A DNA stretch of 61,607 nt, filler included, from Sphacelaria rigidula (Eukaryota): assembly GCA_964200075.2 (NCBI GenBank). It is 3 parts of 3 records of this genome, joined end to end, with 100 filler letters (N's around TTAATTAATTAA, not from the genome) between each part and the next. Parts side by side here need not be neighbours in the genome. Positions count along the whole stretch, not along the records: positions 41,145 to 61,607 come from CAXNAA020000528.1; 2 more parts are not named here. One strand, 5' to 3'. This document shows, piece by piece, positions 49,601-61,607 of the stretch; positions within the stretch are counted from its first letter, which is position 1, and each line of letters starts with the position of its first letter. A program made the translations under genes and the position numbers. The notes beneath the pieces are model-generated. The model did not search any database, was not told where the DNA came from, and saw only the letters and a list, made by a program, of their open reading frames with translations.

Positions 49601-52600
49601 GCGACGGATCGATAAGCACATCATATGCTCCCCATCGAGGTCGCGAGAGCGAGAAGGACTCGTACCAGTATATCCAGACCGTCGCATTACCCCTGTTGTG
49701 CGTGAGGTTGTTCTCGGTGCCCAAATACACGTGAACGCATCACAATGAAGCCATTTTTGTATGTGGCTCTTCATAAACACTCTCTAGGAAGTACGAGCAG
49801 TGAAGTCGCAGATTGATAAATTTTGTGCCACCATGTGCGAGGGTGGTAGCAGGCTCCTGGTAGGGCGTGCTGTCCTCGGCGCCTCGACGACCAAACAAAA
49901 CGAGACACGTACGACAACATATGTAACACCAGATGTAGCTCCGCTCCTTTCCGTAAGATACTTCTACCCCCACCGCCCTTGAGGGCATCCTAGCACACAT
50001 TTTCAATGTCACACGCACAGATTTTCACGTCGAACGTTGCCTCTCGAGGATATTTCAGCACATAGTTTGTCCGGCATTTCCTTCACAACAACCGCAGGTT
50101 GTTCATGTGATCCGCACGGCTTACATACGGGCGCTTGCGAGAGGATGGGCGATGTTGAAGGCTGCGACGGCTGCGGCTAAAGTTTTGGCTACCTCCGCTG
50201 CAAATACAAGCAAGCTTGCTATGTTGGAAGCCCATGCAATCGATCTGCAACTGCAGGTGAAGAGAAAACAGTGACGGAGCGGGTGATGAGCTCAGTTTCC
50301 CCCTTTCACCACGAACGCTGTAACTCTTGCATGTGTCGGTAGGTTGCGGGCCAGTTCTCGATGGAGGATGGCGTGTGTCGAGAAAGCGAGTCTCCCACTC
50401 CCGGGGTCAGAGCGTATTCATTCAAGCTGTGAAAAACATGGGCGGTCGTCGATGCAATCTTCAAAAATGTTATTGCCAAGAGCCATTGAGGGACTTCATT
50501 TTTCATCCATTTACACCCATTTTCATTTGTTTAAGGATGAGAAGTATGCAATGGATGGAAATGGATGGAAATGGACAAAAAATACACCCGTGAATCGCCA
50601 TGCATGTCGGAGTAGTTTCTGGTACATTTTTGGAGCATCGTGGCGGATAATGCACAAAATCGAACAAGAAACTTCACCACGTACAGCACGGTATAGAACG
50701 TGTATCATCCGTGTGGTTGATGTAGCTGCGTACACTGACAAAGTAATCACTCGCGGACAGCAATACATTTATGTCAGTGGCGCAAGCTACCGCCTTGCGG
50801 CGAAAACGATGTAGTTCGAAGCACGTTTTTCAAATCGAGTTTTTTTTTCGAGCTCCAGAACTGACACCGAGATATCGTTCAATTGATCAAACAGGCAGCG
50901 ACGGATGTAAGAAGGAGCGAAGAGACGATTGCGCCACTTGTCATCTTTTGTAGCAGGCGATCACGGCAAGAAGTATTTACAAGGGAACGCGGGGGCAACC
51001 GGAATCCACGCTCCTAAATGCACACATAGCACGGAAGGATTAGGGTTGCTGAAAGGGAAGAGTTAAGGTGAACAACGAGACAGACTGCACCACCGGTCGC
51101 TCCGGCGGCTTATCAGTTGGTAACCTTGAATCCTTCTGACCGTCGGGTCATGGGTTTGGATCTCGGTGCAGTCACACAAGCTAGGATTTTTTTCTCACAC
51201 AATGCCCAACATTGGACAGCAACTATGTTGTGGGTACACAAAATTCGACTCGACCGTCGACGAGGGAAAGGGACTGCAGAACCCCCCTCGCGGTAAAAAA
51301 TAAGGCGGCACACCAGAAGGAAGGTGGAGCACCCAAACAAAAGCAGAAAGAAGCAAACTCCTGCGCTGGCCTTCCTCCTGTGTGACCCTGGCTGATGCGC
51401 TAACATATCCCGAAAGGTGTAGACTGGCGTTCAGAATAGATGGGGTGACAACACAACAACAACATTGTAGCATTATATTCTGCGGTAGTCATCTACCCAC
51501 CATGTGCGTACCGAGGACAAACTGCTCTAGCCTACCTACCTTACCTCCCCCTTTTCACTTCCCCAAGCGTAGGTGGCTACGCGTCGTCGAGAGCTACGTC
51601 GGAAAAACCACGCCCTGACCATTCTGCTCAAGGACGACTGGGCGGCCACCGCGCTAGCCAAGGATCGTGAGACTCGAGCTGCGCGTGAAAAACTTGCGAG
51701 GGCTGAGGCCGATCTAGAAGCTCAACTCGACAACATGGCAGGTAGAGCTGTTGTACCGCGGAGAGTACCGATGAGGCATGCATATCTGAAGTGATATGAT
51801 ATAAGACGCCTAGCAGTATTGAAAGCACTTTCGATATGTATATGTGTGTGCGTGGAAAAATCCTGATTTCGCTGTCGACAGGTACGAACATCTGTCATCA
51901 AAACATAGCGGCACAAACGTGGTGTATTTCCATGGAGCAAGAAAACACCTGAAAATAACATATTATATTGACTATGATGCAAACATCGACATGTCCATCG
52001 CGCTCATAGATACATCGATACACGACAGAGAAAGAACGAGGATCACCGTGGTATTTTATTACAGTATTTCGTTCTAACATATCATGCATCCGTGAATGGC
52101 AGGACTGGCAATTACGGTAGGAGCTAGCGGAGCACCCGAAACTGTCGTAGGGGCACATCGGAGCGGTGGCGGGGGCGGATGGGGGGGGGAGGGGAGGCAT
52201 GAGGGGGTGGGTACAGGGGGGGAGAGTGGGGACATGGACCAAGGGAAGGGTGGGCGGAAGGCCGACGGTGGTGACCTCGGCGAACCTGAGGTGTTTCTCG
52301 GGGGGATGGGCGCTAGTATTGGGATGATAGCGCTGCAGGTGTGACCAATATTGTCCAGGTGTCGCGGAACATGTTGTCAAAACTTGTGAGGATATTTTCG
52401 GCGGGAGTTTATGTCGTAACCGGATCCATTTCATTGTTCGAGGCATTGATGCAAGTTCATGCGTACTCGGCTGAACCCGTCGAATTTGAAGGCTATCATT
52501 TGTACAGATTTTCCGCGCTTAAGCGGGTGAAGTCCTTCCAAATCGGTATTGATGACTGGATACTTCGAATTATGATATGATTCGAGACAATTGTGCGTGC

Positions 52601-55600
52601 TGTCGTGGCCTGTACAATACAGGACTCGGTCGAAATTTTGGCGCGCGCGAGAGAGATATATAGCGCCCAGCCTTTGCGATTGATCGAACGAGCTGGACGA
52701 AAAATATGATTAGTCGAAGAACCCTTGATCATCGACTGAAGCCATTCACTGTCATGGGGACGGGGTATTCGCCTCTCTCTCGGCAGCGTGTGCGGACACA
52801 TCGATTGCGATGTTGATCCCGAAACACAGTTTTCAGGATGTAGCGCGATGCATATCGAGAAAATAGAGAAAAACAAATGAAAGCACAAAATTGTTCGTGG
52901 TGGTAACGATCCGGATAGGTTCGATCGAGCGACAATATCAAAGAGCGAGAACTGTAGGCTGTACACTCGTAGGACCCTCAACGACCGGTGAGTCCGTATC
53001 TCTAGTCGAGTGATATCACCATATCCACGTGTTTCCACTGATAGGTGAGGGGTCGACCCATGCCGTATTGATTCGCAGCGTCGAATTTGGTCTAATTTCA
53101 GCACCTACTGTGTTGTTCACGCTTAGAAAGTGCAATGAAGACAACACGTCGTCACGTGAACAGATCAACGCGTCATCCTTTATTTGCGGCATTGCAACAT
53201 GCTAGCTTCACCGCGTTTCTTGTGGTCGAACCGAATAACATCTGCCCCAAACAAGGGAGAGGGCGCTCGGAGACTAAGGAGCTACGTTGCTAGCAAGGGT
53301 CAAGAGCTCAATCGCGCGAGGACGGAAGCGATGCAATGGCGTGCGCGCTGCAAACAATTGCAACGCAGGTATGCTTAGGAAGCCACTCGTGCTGTACATT
53401 CAACTTGAAATATGAGAATCTGCGTATTTTTAAGTACTTTTCAGCCTAAGGACTACATTGTGTTTGCCCAAAGACAATACACCAAGATTGACGAGCATCT
53501 CAGACTGTAGCACGGGGCGGAGGTGGAGGCGTCTTGCCTTCCTTGCATGGTTAAGTATGTTGATCGGGCGCATCCTTGACGGGAGCGGTCCCTGTGTCAT
53601 AGACCTCTGTTCTCCTCATCTGACCAGCCATAATTTGTGGCGAGTCAAGGTGAAGAATGCAAGGTTAATGCTGGTTGGTGCAGAACCTCGATAAACAATC
53701 GGCTATGGCTAGCCCCTCCAAGTAATTTCGCGTCGGAGATTCTCGAGGGGCCGCCCGATCGTCATCTCTCGATCCTCGAGAGCTGCATCGGCCTTCGCGA
53801 GAACCGGAGCAGTTGTTGTGTCAATCAGAGCAAATCGGCGGAGCTGTGTTGCCCCATTGACAATCCAAGTAAACGAGCGACACATATGTCTGCCCCTTGT
53901 CGGTTGCACCGCACCGCACGTGTTATCATTGCCACCCGAAGGCTCAAGTCGCTAGACTTCGCTGCCAATACTTGGAACGGACGGGGGGCTGTCGCTGAGC
54001 TTCTGGGGCTACTCGATCAACGCGATCGCAGGTATGTGCCCGACTGCAACACATGCGGAGGTGGTGTTCTGCCTTTGGAGATGATAACGTGTTCCTGTAT
54101 CTGCTCTCATAAGGCAGTGCACTTACAGATACTGACAGGTGTATTCATCATCTGAACAACAACGGAATCCGAATCAACTTAATTGATGGTACGGCGAATG
54201 CGATGAGGCGGCGAACCAAACGCTGTAGCTGCAGTGTCCGTGATATCCCAAATGTCTGCGTTGTAGGCAGATGAGCCACGTGCGTACAAAAATGTGAATC
54301 ACATCGTATGAGTAAACGCTATCGACCTGATTCAGGCTGGATGATTATCATAATCTTGTCTCTTGAGTTGAAATGCTGGAAAAAATAACAATAACGTAGG
54401 GTTACGTGATTCACGGCACACCCACGGAAATATCGCGGGCACAGTCCACAAGTGTACACACAACTAGAGAAGGCGCGTGCTTGAGATGTTGATCATCCAC
54501 AGTGCGTGGAATACACGAGCCATCCCTACACATTTTGGATAAACAACAATGGAGGGTGAATGACTGGCGACACCCCACTCGCACGATTATCTGCAAACGG
54601 AATCATGCTACCCTTTATATTTCGCGAAGAAGTCAGTATCGTTTCACTCAACCATAGTCCACGTTGATTTGAAGCCCCCTTGCAATGAATCAGCAACAAA
54701 ATTCTCGTTCCTGTGCACCGCCCGATCAGGTTGGCGGGCTTGTACAAGGACCTCGCGACGCTAACGAGCGGGGAAGATGGTCGTCGCACATTTCCTGCAG
54801 GAGAACGCAAAAAACTCCGGCAGCAACCGAAGAGGCAAGCTGCAGATTTCCTGTTGCGGCAAATGTCTCTCGCTGGAGAGGAAGCCAGGTGAACGCATAC
54901 TTCGTATTGCGCGGGGGATCGCAGAGAGTTTTCAATTTTTGCCACGCCTTTTTGTGTACGACAGGTGAAATACGAAGTGATCACCTACTTTAGCAGGTGG
55001 TTGGTATTATTTGTCTTACTTTTAAACCTGGCTCGACGAGCAATAGGTTGTAAGAGGCTGGAGGCACTTCGTACAATTTACGTCCCAGGGAAGGAGTCTA
55101 CTACGAAAGGGGGGTGGAGCGAGAGAGAAAGTGTCGGAGGGTTTCAAGATGTGAGCTCAGTGCTGTTCATCAAAGGTTGATGCGTTGATCTGGGTCGTCT
55201 AGCGATTGTTTCAGGGAGTGCACGCTGCAGCAGCACAGTATAACTTTTATCGATCCTTCCTAACCCCGTCTGTCACCCCACCTCCCTCTCATAGTACCCT
55301 CCTCGCCCGACTTGCTTCCGTCCTTCAGACGGCAAGTGTATAGTCTAACACAGCGAGTTGGAGACCTCGAGGATGCCCTAGCGCGTGGACATGTGCCGGA
55401 AGCAGCGCCAAGGTCAGGGGCTGCAGCCATTGGCGAAGTAGAAACCGATGAAGCCCAAGAGGGGGATGTATTAAACTCCATGGTAAGATGTGACATCAGG
55501 GTATGAGCATGCTAATGTTGATATTGAGAACCAGTAGATGCGTGTGTGTGGAGGGGGTGGTGAGATATTATGGGAGTTTACACTATTTAAACCGAAGTAA

Positions 55601-57653
55601 ACCGATTTCTAAAGGGGGGGGGGGGTGCGCCTCAGCAGCGTCTGTACGGAACGATACACCGTTTCGTCGCCGGCCTAGACTTTTGTGTCGCAACCGCGAT
55701 ACAGTACCAGCTGCTCCTGTAGTGATATCCTTGCATTGCTATGCCACGCTATGCCCCCAAGGGTGTGCCGAGCAGCCAAATGCGAGACGTTCACAATCAG
55801 CTGCATGTGCGCCTCCATATGGAGCACTGTCAAGATAAATCTTGATGTCAAACGTGAGACTTATCCCGAGTGCAGCAAGCACCTCAACATGATACGAACT
55901 CGTAGACCTAGGTCAAAACGAGCTGATGGGGAGAGCCTAAATGTACTTCCCTCGTGCCCAGTACACAGTAGCTTTCCCAGCTCGATCATGCCACATAGGC
56001 GAGCTCAGTGACCAAAAGGTGAACTAGTAGCTTTTCGTTTCAAACTCGACCCTTGACGTTGACATCGAGCAACCTTAACCCGTGCCTATTCGGACTATCA
56101 TCCTCTATTTCACTTGCGGGGAAGACAAACGTAGGTTCGTGAGACGAGCTTCATGGGAGGATGAAGCTAGGTTCGTCTCGAAGATGCGTATCAGTTCGGG
56201 AGTAAGGTTGTTCGGAGCATGACAGAGCTTCTAATGATGTATCTCGATCGTGAGCTTCGGCGATGCTGTCTCAGGACTCAAAAGTGTCTTCGGTTGTACT
56301 ACGGGCGCGATCCTGTGTGCGGTCGCGTTCCCGAGGGATTGACAGTAGCATTCTCACTTCAAAAGAAAATAGTGAAACGATCTCATGCATATGCCATGAG
56401 ATGACAAAATATAAGCAGGGATATTAGGGGAAGACCAGCAGGTTTCTCCATGTATATCGTCATATAGTATGTATCACCTATCTATGCACCACTATTGATA
56501 GCTTACCCGTGCCCAGGTCCTCGGTTTTTGTCCGCACGTATTGAAATATCATGGGCAACATTACTACTGACCTGTTCTGTTTTGGAATAGGCATCTCTTA
56601 TTCTTCCCCCAGCGACGCAGACCATTGCCCTGAACCTTCACCAGTACCAACCGTGGCATGTATTCCACGAACCATGCATAGGTATGGTCTTATCTGGGAA
56701 GTACCTCATGTGGTATACGTCTTGCGTAGCGTCGGCATGTATCCTACGGGTAGTCAGCGGCGGAATTCTGCACGAAATATAACAACAACGACAAAATTTT
56801 CTCACACAGATAAACAGACGCTCAGCCGCACTGGTGAAAGTTATACTATGGTAACCATTCACATACGACCAGTCTCTGCGATGGGGCTTCTATCTTGTTC
56901 GTTACTGACACTCAGGCAACACCCTAGCCGGTCAACCCCCTCGAATTTGTTTGTTCCCCGTCGTTTCTTCAATGATCGAAGATTTCTCTGACGCCAGAGT
57001 ACACCGCGACTTGCTCATGACACTCGTGGTCGTAGTCGCGTGTCAGACATCCGCTGGTCCAAACTCGTATCACCTAAAATCCAGCCCCGCCCCACCCCTA
57101 TCACATGCAATTATCACCGCAGCTGAGCCACTCCGCAAAAGAGGGGGGTGATCATGGTATGGTGAACGTCGTAACGGACGCGCACGAACTCATATCCGCG
57201 CTGCGTTCCGAAGTATCAGCTCTGGAGCGCCATCGCCAAGCTCTCCAATCTAGGCTAGACACGGTCGAGTTGGCTCAGGCCGCATCGATCGATACTACAC
57301 GCCACTACGATGGAGAACCTCACGATACGACGCATCACAAAACGCAACTTACTCCGAACATTGATGCGGGGAATGGTGGAGCAGGGAGAGTAGCTGCCAT
57401 AGGCTTGGAGAAGCTGAAAAGGAAACGAGAGAGGGCGGAGCGCAGATCCAGAGCCGCTGTGGCGTTAAGTCGCATGGTAGGAACAGGGGAGAGAGTGCGA
57501 GAGGGGGAGGCAGGGGCTGGAGGGATGAGGGGGGGAGGGGAGTTGGCATCGCTTGCTGTGGCGGTAGAAAGAACTAGCGAAGTTCGGAGACGTGCTCAGC
57601 AGGTGTTCGTTGGTGGAAGCGGATCGGCTGGGGCTAAAGCGGAGGTAGATTAA
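41824..57653 (+). CDS. Spliced host gene (5'-partial): long Ala-rich coiled-coil protein with repeated RxLFRGWxRLxLxxASL modules (Sfi1/centrin-binding-repeat-like)
   Basis: Exons with splice sites and compatible phases: 41824-42036, 42786-43115, 44240-44551, 44914-45047, 46250-46445, 46897-47033, 47909-48158, 48777-49007, 50098-50256, 51573-~51741, 53256-53368, 53942-54031, 54730-54888, 55329-55482, 57123-57653 (stop TAA). Only the 51.7k-53.3k junction has a phase problem. Function is inference. Confidence 0.85.
42786..43115 (+). CDS. Repeat-module exon (IARVRRDGDRRLLFRGWSRLCLHAASLNAAE...GLWL)
   Basis: ctcag| ... ctg|gtgagg, 330 nt, phase 0-0. Confidence 0.85.
44240..44551 (+). CDS. Repeat-module exon (VARVCRDVDRRRLFRGWLRLCLQSAS...HRAVVL)
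   Basis: cacag| ... ctg|gtgcgt, 312 nt, phase 0-0. Confidence 0.85.
44914..45047 (+). CDS. Repeat-module half exon (ISNAWQRRVRRLLFRAWNRLSLHAASLNAAE...VA)
   Basis: ttcag| ... gccag|gtcggt, phase 0-2. Confidence 0.8.
46250..46445 (+). CDS. Repeat-module half exon (ADAMEREA...HRAVTL)
   Basis: gccag| ... ctg|gtgagt, phase 2-0. Confidence 0.8.
46617..46657. repeat. (CAA)n microsatellite, probable retroposon tail
   Basis: Directly visible. Confidence 0.95.
46897..47033 (+). CDS. Repeat-module half exon (LTHARGKAVNRLLFRGWSRLSLYAASLNAAE...VA)
   Basis: ccaag| ... gccag|gtgcag, phase 0-2. Confidence 0.75.
47051..47149 (-). mobile_element. Family C repeat, intronic, 15-bp flanking direct repeat
   Basis: gcagtattgtagggg at 47036-47050 and 47150-47164. 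Confidence 0.85.
47909..48158 (+). CDS. Repeat-module half exon (ATTMGEASS...YRALLL)
   Basis: gctag| ... ctg|gtgagg, phase 2-0. Confidence 0.8.
48777..49007 (+). CDS. Repeat-module exon (VARAWNTRDRLLLFRGWSRLCLHAASLNAVE...TAMRI)
   Basis: cacag| ... ata|gtgagt, 231 nt, phase 0-0. Confidence 0.85.
50098..50256 (+). CDS. Degenerate repeat exon (VVHVIRTAYIRALARGWAML...DLQLQ)
   Basis: cgcag| ... cag|gtgaag, 159 nt, phase 0-0. Confidence 0.75.
51093..51464 (+). mobile_element. tRNA-derived SINE, family A (intronic copy)
   Basis: Aligns end to end with 22129-22490; (ACA)n tail. Confidence 0.8.
51573..51741 (+). CDS. Coiled-coil exon (VATRRRELRRKNHAL...AQLDNM)
   Basis: cgtag| acceptor; donor is either GT after 51741 (phase 1) or GC after 51737 (phase 0). 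Confidence 0.75.
53256..53368 (+). CDS. Coiled-coil exon (GEGARRLRSYVASK...KQLQR)
   Basis: acaag| ... cag|gtatgc. Confidence 0.7.
53942..54031 (+). CDS. Exon (LKSLDFAAN...LLDQRDR)
   Basis: cgaag| ... cag|gtatgt, 90 nt, phase 2-2. Confidence 0.7.
54730..54888 (+). CDS. Exon (LAGLYKDLA...LLRQMSLAGEEA)
   Basis: atcag| ... gccag|gtgaac, 159 nt, phase 2-2. Confidence 0.7.
55329..55482 (+). CDS. Exon (RQVYSLTQRVGDLEDAL...VLNSM)
   Basis: ttcag| ... atg|gtaaga, phase 2-0. Confidence 0.75.
57123..57653 (+). CDS. Terminal exon of repeat coiled-coil gene
   Basis: cgcag| acceptor, open to TAA at 57651-57653; heptad-like ELISALRSEVSALERHRQALQSRL. Confidence 0.8.
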   Translation: MSHSAKEGGDHGMVNVVTDAHELISALRSEVSALERHRQALQSRLDTVELAQAASIDTTRHYDGEPHDTTHHKTQLTPNIDAGNGGAGRVAAIGLEKLKRKRERAERRSRAAVALSRMVGTGERVREGEAGAGGMRGGGELASLAVAVERTSEVRRRAQQVFVGGSGSAGAKAEVD

Positions 57654-59948
57654 TACGCAAAAGGCAAATGCGGGCATAGTCCAATCAAGATACTGCCACT
57701 TTGCTTTCAAGCTCTTGCCAGGAGCGTTCCAACGCCGTGCGTATCTTTATCCACAGGTACATCATTGCTGTGGCTTATGAGCTAGTTGCGAGCGCGCGGT
57801 GAGAGCGAGAACAGGAGGCCAAAATGTCTGCTGTTTTTTTTTTCTGAAAACGTCTTTGATAATAAAAAGAAAGTTACATCCTTAGACGACGTGAGTTATT
57901 CGTTATTTTCGCAAGATGGCCGTGAGCACTTAACCCTGTGAGTGGGATGTAGGATCTCTACTTTCTAAGTTCGAACGTGGCTACACGTGCCTGCTAGATT
58001 ATCATTCAGTGTGCAACATACGAGTAAGTCGAGTGTGAGTCGCATCGCTTTGAAATTTGCGCATACGAGAAATTGCTACTGAATCCTAAAGCCTATTGCC
58101 CTATCCATATCCATATAGAATATCACTAAAAATTCCCCTATCCACACATATCCATGTGAAACGATACCACCGTATTTACATATATTCAGTATGATATTCC
58201 AATAGTTGAGATAATGTTGATAAAGGAACTGACTCGTCTCATTCAATTACTTTGCACTTGTGGTCACCATAACCGCGTACAGTAAGTAACAGTAGGCTAA
58301 AGTACGTCGCGGTTCAAGCTACGGGTGACACAAACGCAAACTACCATGCCTGTGTGAGGACAGCATCGGCCACGGCACACAGGCGATGAAGGCAGCAGTG
58401 CGGGTAAAAGGGGCTGTGCTATACAGTAGCGAATGCCATTCCTGCAAGCTGGGGTAACTCGTGCTATTCTCGGTCAATGAATTGTTGATTGAAAATCCAC
58501 TGAAGTAAAGCCGTAGGACCGAACCGGATAAAACATCAACCCGTGGAACGCCCCGGGAAAGCTCTGTTAGATGCGGGGTGCAGCGCAGGCGTTGTACTGA
58601 AATACCGTTGGTGTACACAGACACCATATCGCGGTTCAGTAGTATATTGAAAAATCATGTTCATCTCAGAATACGAGATAATATACAGAGATGAGCGTTT
58701 GACTATTCTATTAGCAAAAGTACACACAACCTATGTCGAGAGACAGAAACAACTAGGTTCCACTGTCTCGGCAACAGTATAGGCTCCGCAGAGGTTGCAC
58801 AGTAACTGTCAAGGTACGATTGATGTGCGATATTAGAAAGAAACTCGATGGTTTTCACAGGCGCTTGTTTGGCCAAAATAGAAGAAAACACTTAGTCTCT
58901 CCTCAACGCAGAGATATAACAACAAGCTGTGGCAAGCCTGTTGGAGTAGAGCTGGAGAGTGAGATAAGAGGGGTTGCCTCTCAAACTGCAATCGCTCCAA
59001 TAATGGGCTATTCGTATTTCAAAACTGAATGTCCGAATTATTGATACTCTGAACTCTACATTTGACCGTACGTACCTAGTATCTCTTATTCATTCTGAAA
59101 CTTCTCTTACCTTTCTGTACTCGACCTTACAGTACTCGAACAATTAACAGAGGTCCCTTACAAATGAGCAGATTTAACACTAGAATGGGGTCCAAGTGGT
59201 CTTCCAAAATGCCACATGTTACGTGAAGTTCTGCAAAAACAATCAACTGAAGTTTCTTTTGTCTGTTGAAAACTTCCCCTGGCGTACCTTGTCGCGCATT
59301 GTTTCTCCAGTGTCCATAAGTCCTTTGGAACAATCGAAACGGCTCTTATCCGATGAGGGAAGACGCTACTCAGTCGATTCCCTCATTTCGGAAGAGAATG
59401 GTGCCGGAGTTTTTTACGAGTCCTCGGAAAGTTCGCAGGGGCCGGAGTTTCCCACCTACATATTTTCCCCTATTTTTACATCCATCGATCGTTTTAAGCA
59501 ACGGTAATTCATTTCCGAAACACCAACGGTGGCAGCTTACTTATCATAACACTACCCCTTCTTCTATCATCTCGAGGAAGTTCGAAAAAATTCCGAGACA
59601 TCTTTCGATGAAAAACGAACGGAATGGTTGGTGCTGTATAACTCTAGCGTCTTAACTCTTCGGCTGCCAGGGTAGGTCATCTGTTGATCCGCATCACTTT
59701 CCCTCAACAAAGGAGAATGACCCGGGTGACCCGCCCTGGCGGCCAAAGAGTAAACCAGCGACCGCCAGTGTGAGTCGTCTGGGTCGTAGGTTCATTTCCA
59801 AATAAAAATGACGCCGATTCAACAGATGGACAGCCTTAGCAGTCAGACGATGAAATTTATCCATTCGTCCCGAACACGTCCGTCTCCTGCAGACAAGGAG
59901 CAGGAGATCCTGAGAGCAACAACGGATCCTGAAACATGAAGCTGAACT

Positions 59949-60185
59949 CTCAAGTGGGGTTGAAGTTGCCTTCCGAAATGTCATATTTTTCCCGATAGAG
60001 TATTACAAAAGGAAAGCAATTGCAGATCTTTTGTTTTTATTGCCGTCAAGCAAGGTGTGACTAGGTGCACTCCGGAACACGTGCTTTCAAGCGACAGAAG
60101 CACAACACCCGCACATCCGTACGTTTTGCAATGCTGTATCGGGGAAAATATGACTTTTGGGAAGGCGACTTCAACCCCACTTGAG
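59949..60185. mobile_element. MITE with ~49-bp imperfect TIRs, abutting TTAA
   Basis: ctcaagtggggttgaagttgccttcc... versus ...ggaaggcgacttcaaccccacttgag. Confidence 0.75.
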
Positions 60186-60188
60186 TGT

Positions 60189-60460
60189 TTAACCCTTTTG
60201 GAACCCACCGACGATTTTTTTTTTGTGAATGGGCATCATTTTGACATGAACATGGCTGAAAATGATGCTGATTCACACAAACAAAAATCGTCAATGGGTT
60301 CCACGAGGGTCAACCTCATTTTTCAGGAATCTTGCTTCCTAAATGGGCATCATTTTGACTTGAACATGGCTGAAAATGATGCTGATTCACAAAAACAAAA
60401 ATCGTCAATGGGTTCCACGAGGGCCAACCTCATTTTTCAGGAACCCCACTTCTTAAATGG
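60189..60460. repeat. Palindromic piggyBac-like mini-element plus 114-bp tandem duplication
   Basis: TTAA-CCCTTTTGGAACCCA ... TGGGTTCCACGAGGG hairpin (60191-60313); the unit at 60228 is repeated at 60342. Confidence 0.75.
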
Positions 60461-61538
60461 AAACGATAATAGGTTTATATGGGAACAAACTTACGCATAA
60501 CATATACATATCATTATATATACCTTTGAACAGTTCATAGGTAGGCTTGACGGGTACCAGTTGCAATATTATACTTCCTCTGTCCCTTACGTTGGGGTAT
60601 TTGGGTTTACGAGAATCATGCATCATAATGTCATGTGTGTATGGCGTTGCTATAGTTGGTATCGTTGATAATGTCGAACGTAGGGGAAACCAACGCCAAA
60701 ACAAGAAAATCCGACCGTTTTTTTTTTTTCTCAAAAATAGGGGTAAGAATCGCCCCAATTCTGGCCATTTCAAATCTGGGTTTTGCTAAAGTCGACCGAT
60801 TTTTCCCATTTTCGTGCTGTACAACGAGACAGGAGCCTCCGGACGATAATATGCTAAAACGACGAGTTCGTGGCGTCATTTTACCTCTTGGTCTGCTATC
60901 ACCGCCGCTAACCCCAATCGCCGTTGGGACAAAATCATCTCTCCCTCTTCTTTTCGCAAGCTTTCGATAAAGAAAAACATCGAAGTATTCAACCGAAGTC
61001 TGTGTCGATCCAGACTTACCTGGAGCACCTGCCTGGAATTGATCGGCCGCCATATGCCCCGGATTAATTTCAAACCCGTTCTGAAAACGAGATATACGGG
61101 CCTTCTGCGTCGTGTAGCGCCATCAAAAGGAGCTGGGCGGATATTGACACGTTGAAACGACTTGCTATACACGTGGAGACGCGCACCCCTGCCTTTTCCC
61201 AGCCGCTGCAGTTTTAATGGCCGAGCTCAATTTTCTCGGGGTCCGGTCGAGTCCAGAGTGAGAGATGTCTTACGCATGAGTCGCTTTCGACCGAAGAAGA
61301 GTCTGGAAAACGCGGTTGATACCACTATCAAATTTCGCAACCACCCTAACGAGTGTATGCCTTCCTTTTCTCAAGGGGACTACAATCACTCCAGGGTATG
61401 TGCTGTCCCATCACACCGTTTCGTACGTTCTTTCTGTAAAACATATGGCTGTGGCTTGTGTACAATAAATGTTTTTCACTTATTAATTTGCTGCGTGACA
61501 AAGGGTCTGTCGAGCGAATGTTTTTGGACACGTAGGCC

Positions 61539-61539
<1 letters not shown>

Positions 61540-61574
<35 letters not shown>
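61540..61574. repeat. Poly-C tract
   Basis: Directly visible. Confidence 0.95.
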
Positions 61575-61575
<1 letters not shown>

Positions 61576-61607
61576 CCCTCGCGCCCCTCCTGCCCCGCGT
61601 ACAGGAC

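Noticed and set aside
52096..52344. Gly-rich exon of the repeat gene
   Set aside because: Low complexity with no convincing acceptor; more likely a TE fragment in the intron.
54835..54840. GC donor at AG|GCAAGC
   Set aside because: An in-frame canonical GT donor of the same phase exists after 54888.

Overview
Eukaryotic, intron-rich, TE-dense genomic window. The organism is inferred, not shown: the short exons, roughly 0.2-1.6 kb GT-AG introns and Ala-rich proteins fit a brown alga/stramenopile. Two 100-nt assembly spacers (N44-TTAATTAATTAA-N44) split it into three contigs. Two spliced host genes can be rebuilt by hand. (1) A minus-strand gene (at least 5 exons, 10419-7109) encodes a probable plastid PALE CRESS/At4g37920-like helical protein. 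(2) A plus-strand gene (at least 15 exons, 41824-57653, 5' end missing) encodes a long coiled-coil protein built from duplicated exon modules carrying an RxLFRGWxRLxLxxASL repeat resembling Sfi1 centrin-binding repeats; two modules carry an extra intron that looks insertion-derived. The rest is mostly mobile DNA: a three-exon PIF/Harbinger transposase pseudogene with a 3.9-kb intron full of nested repeats, a candidate Harbinger ORF2, hAT, piggyBac-like and foldback MITEs, modular tRNA-derived SINEs, a ~100-nt structured retroposon in four copies, long inverted duplications and microsatellites. No rRNA, intact tRNA or CRISPR array is supported. All homology calls are from motif recognition; no searches were run.
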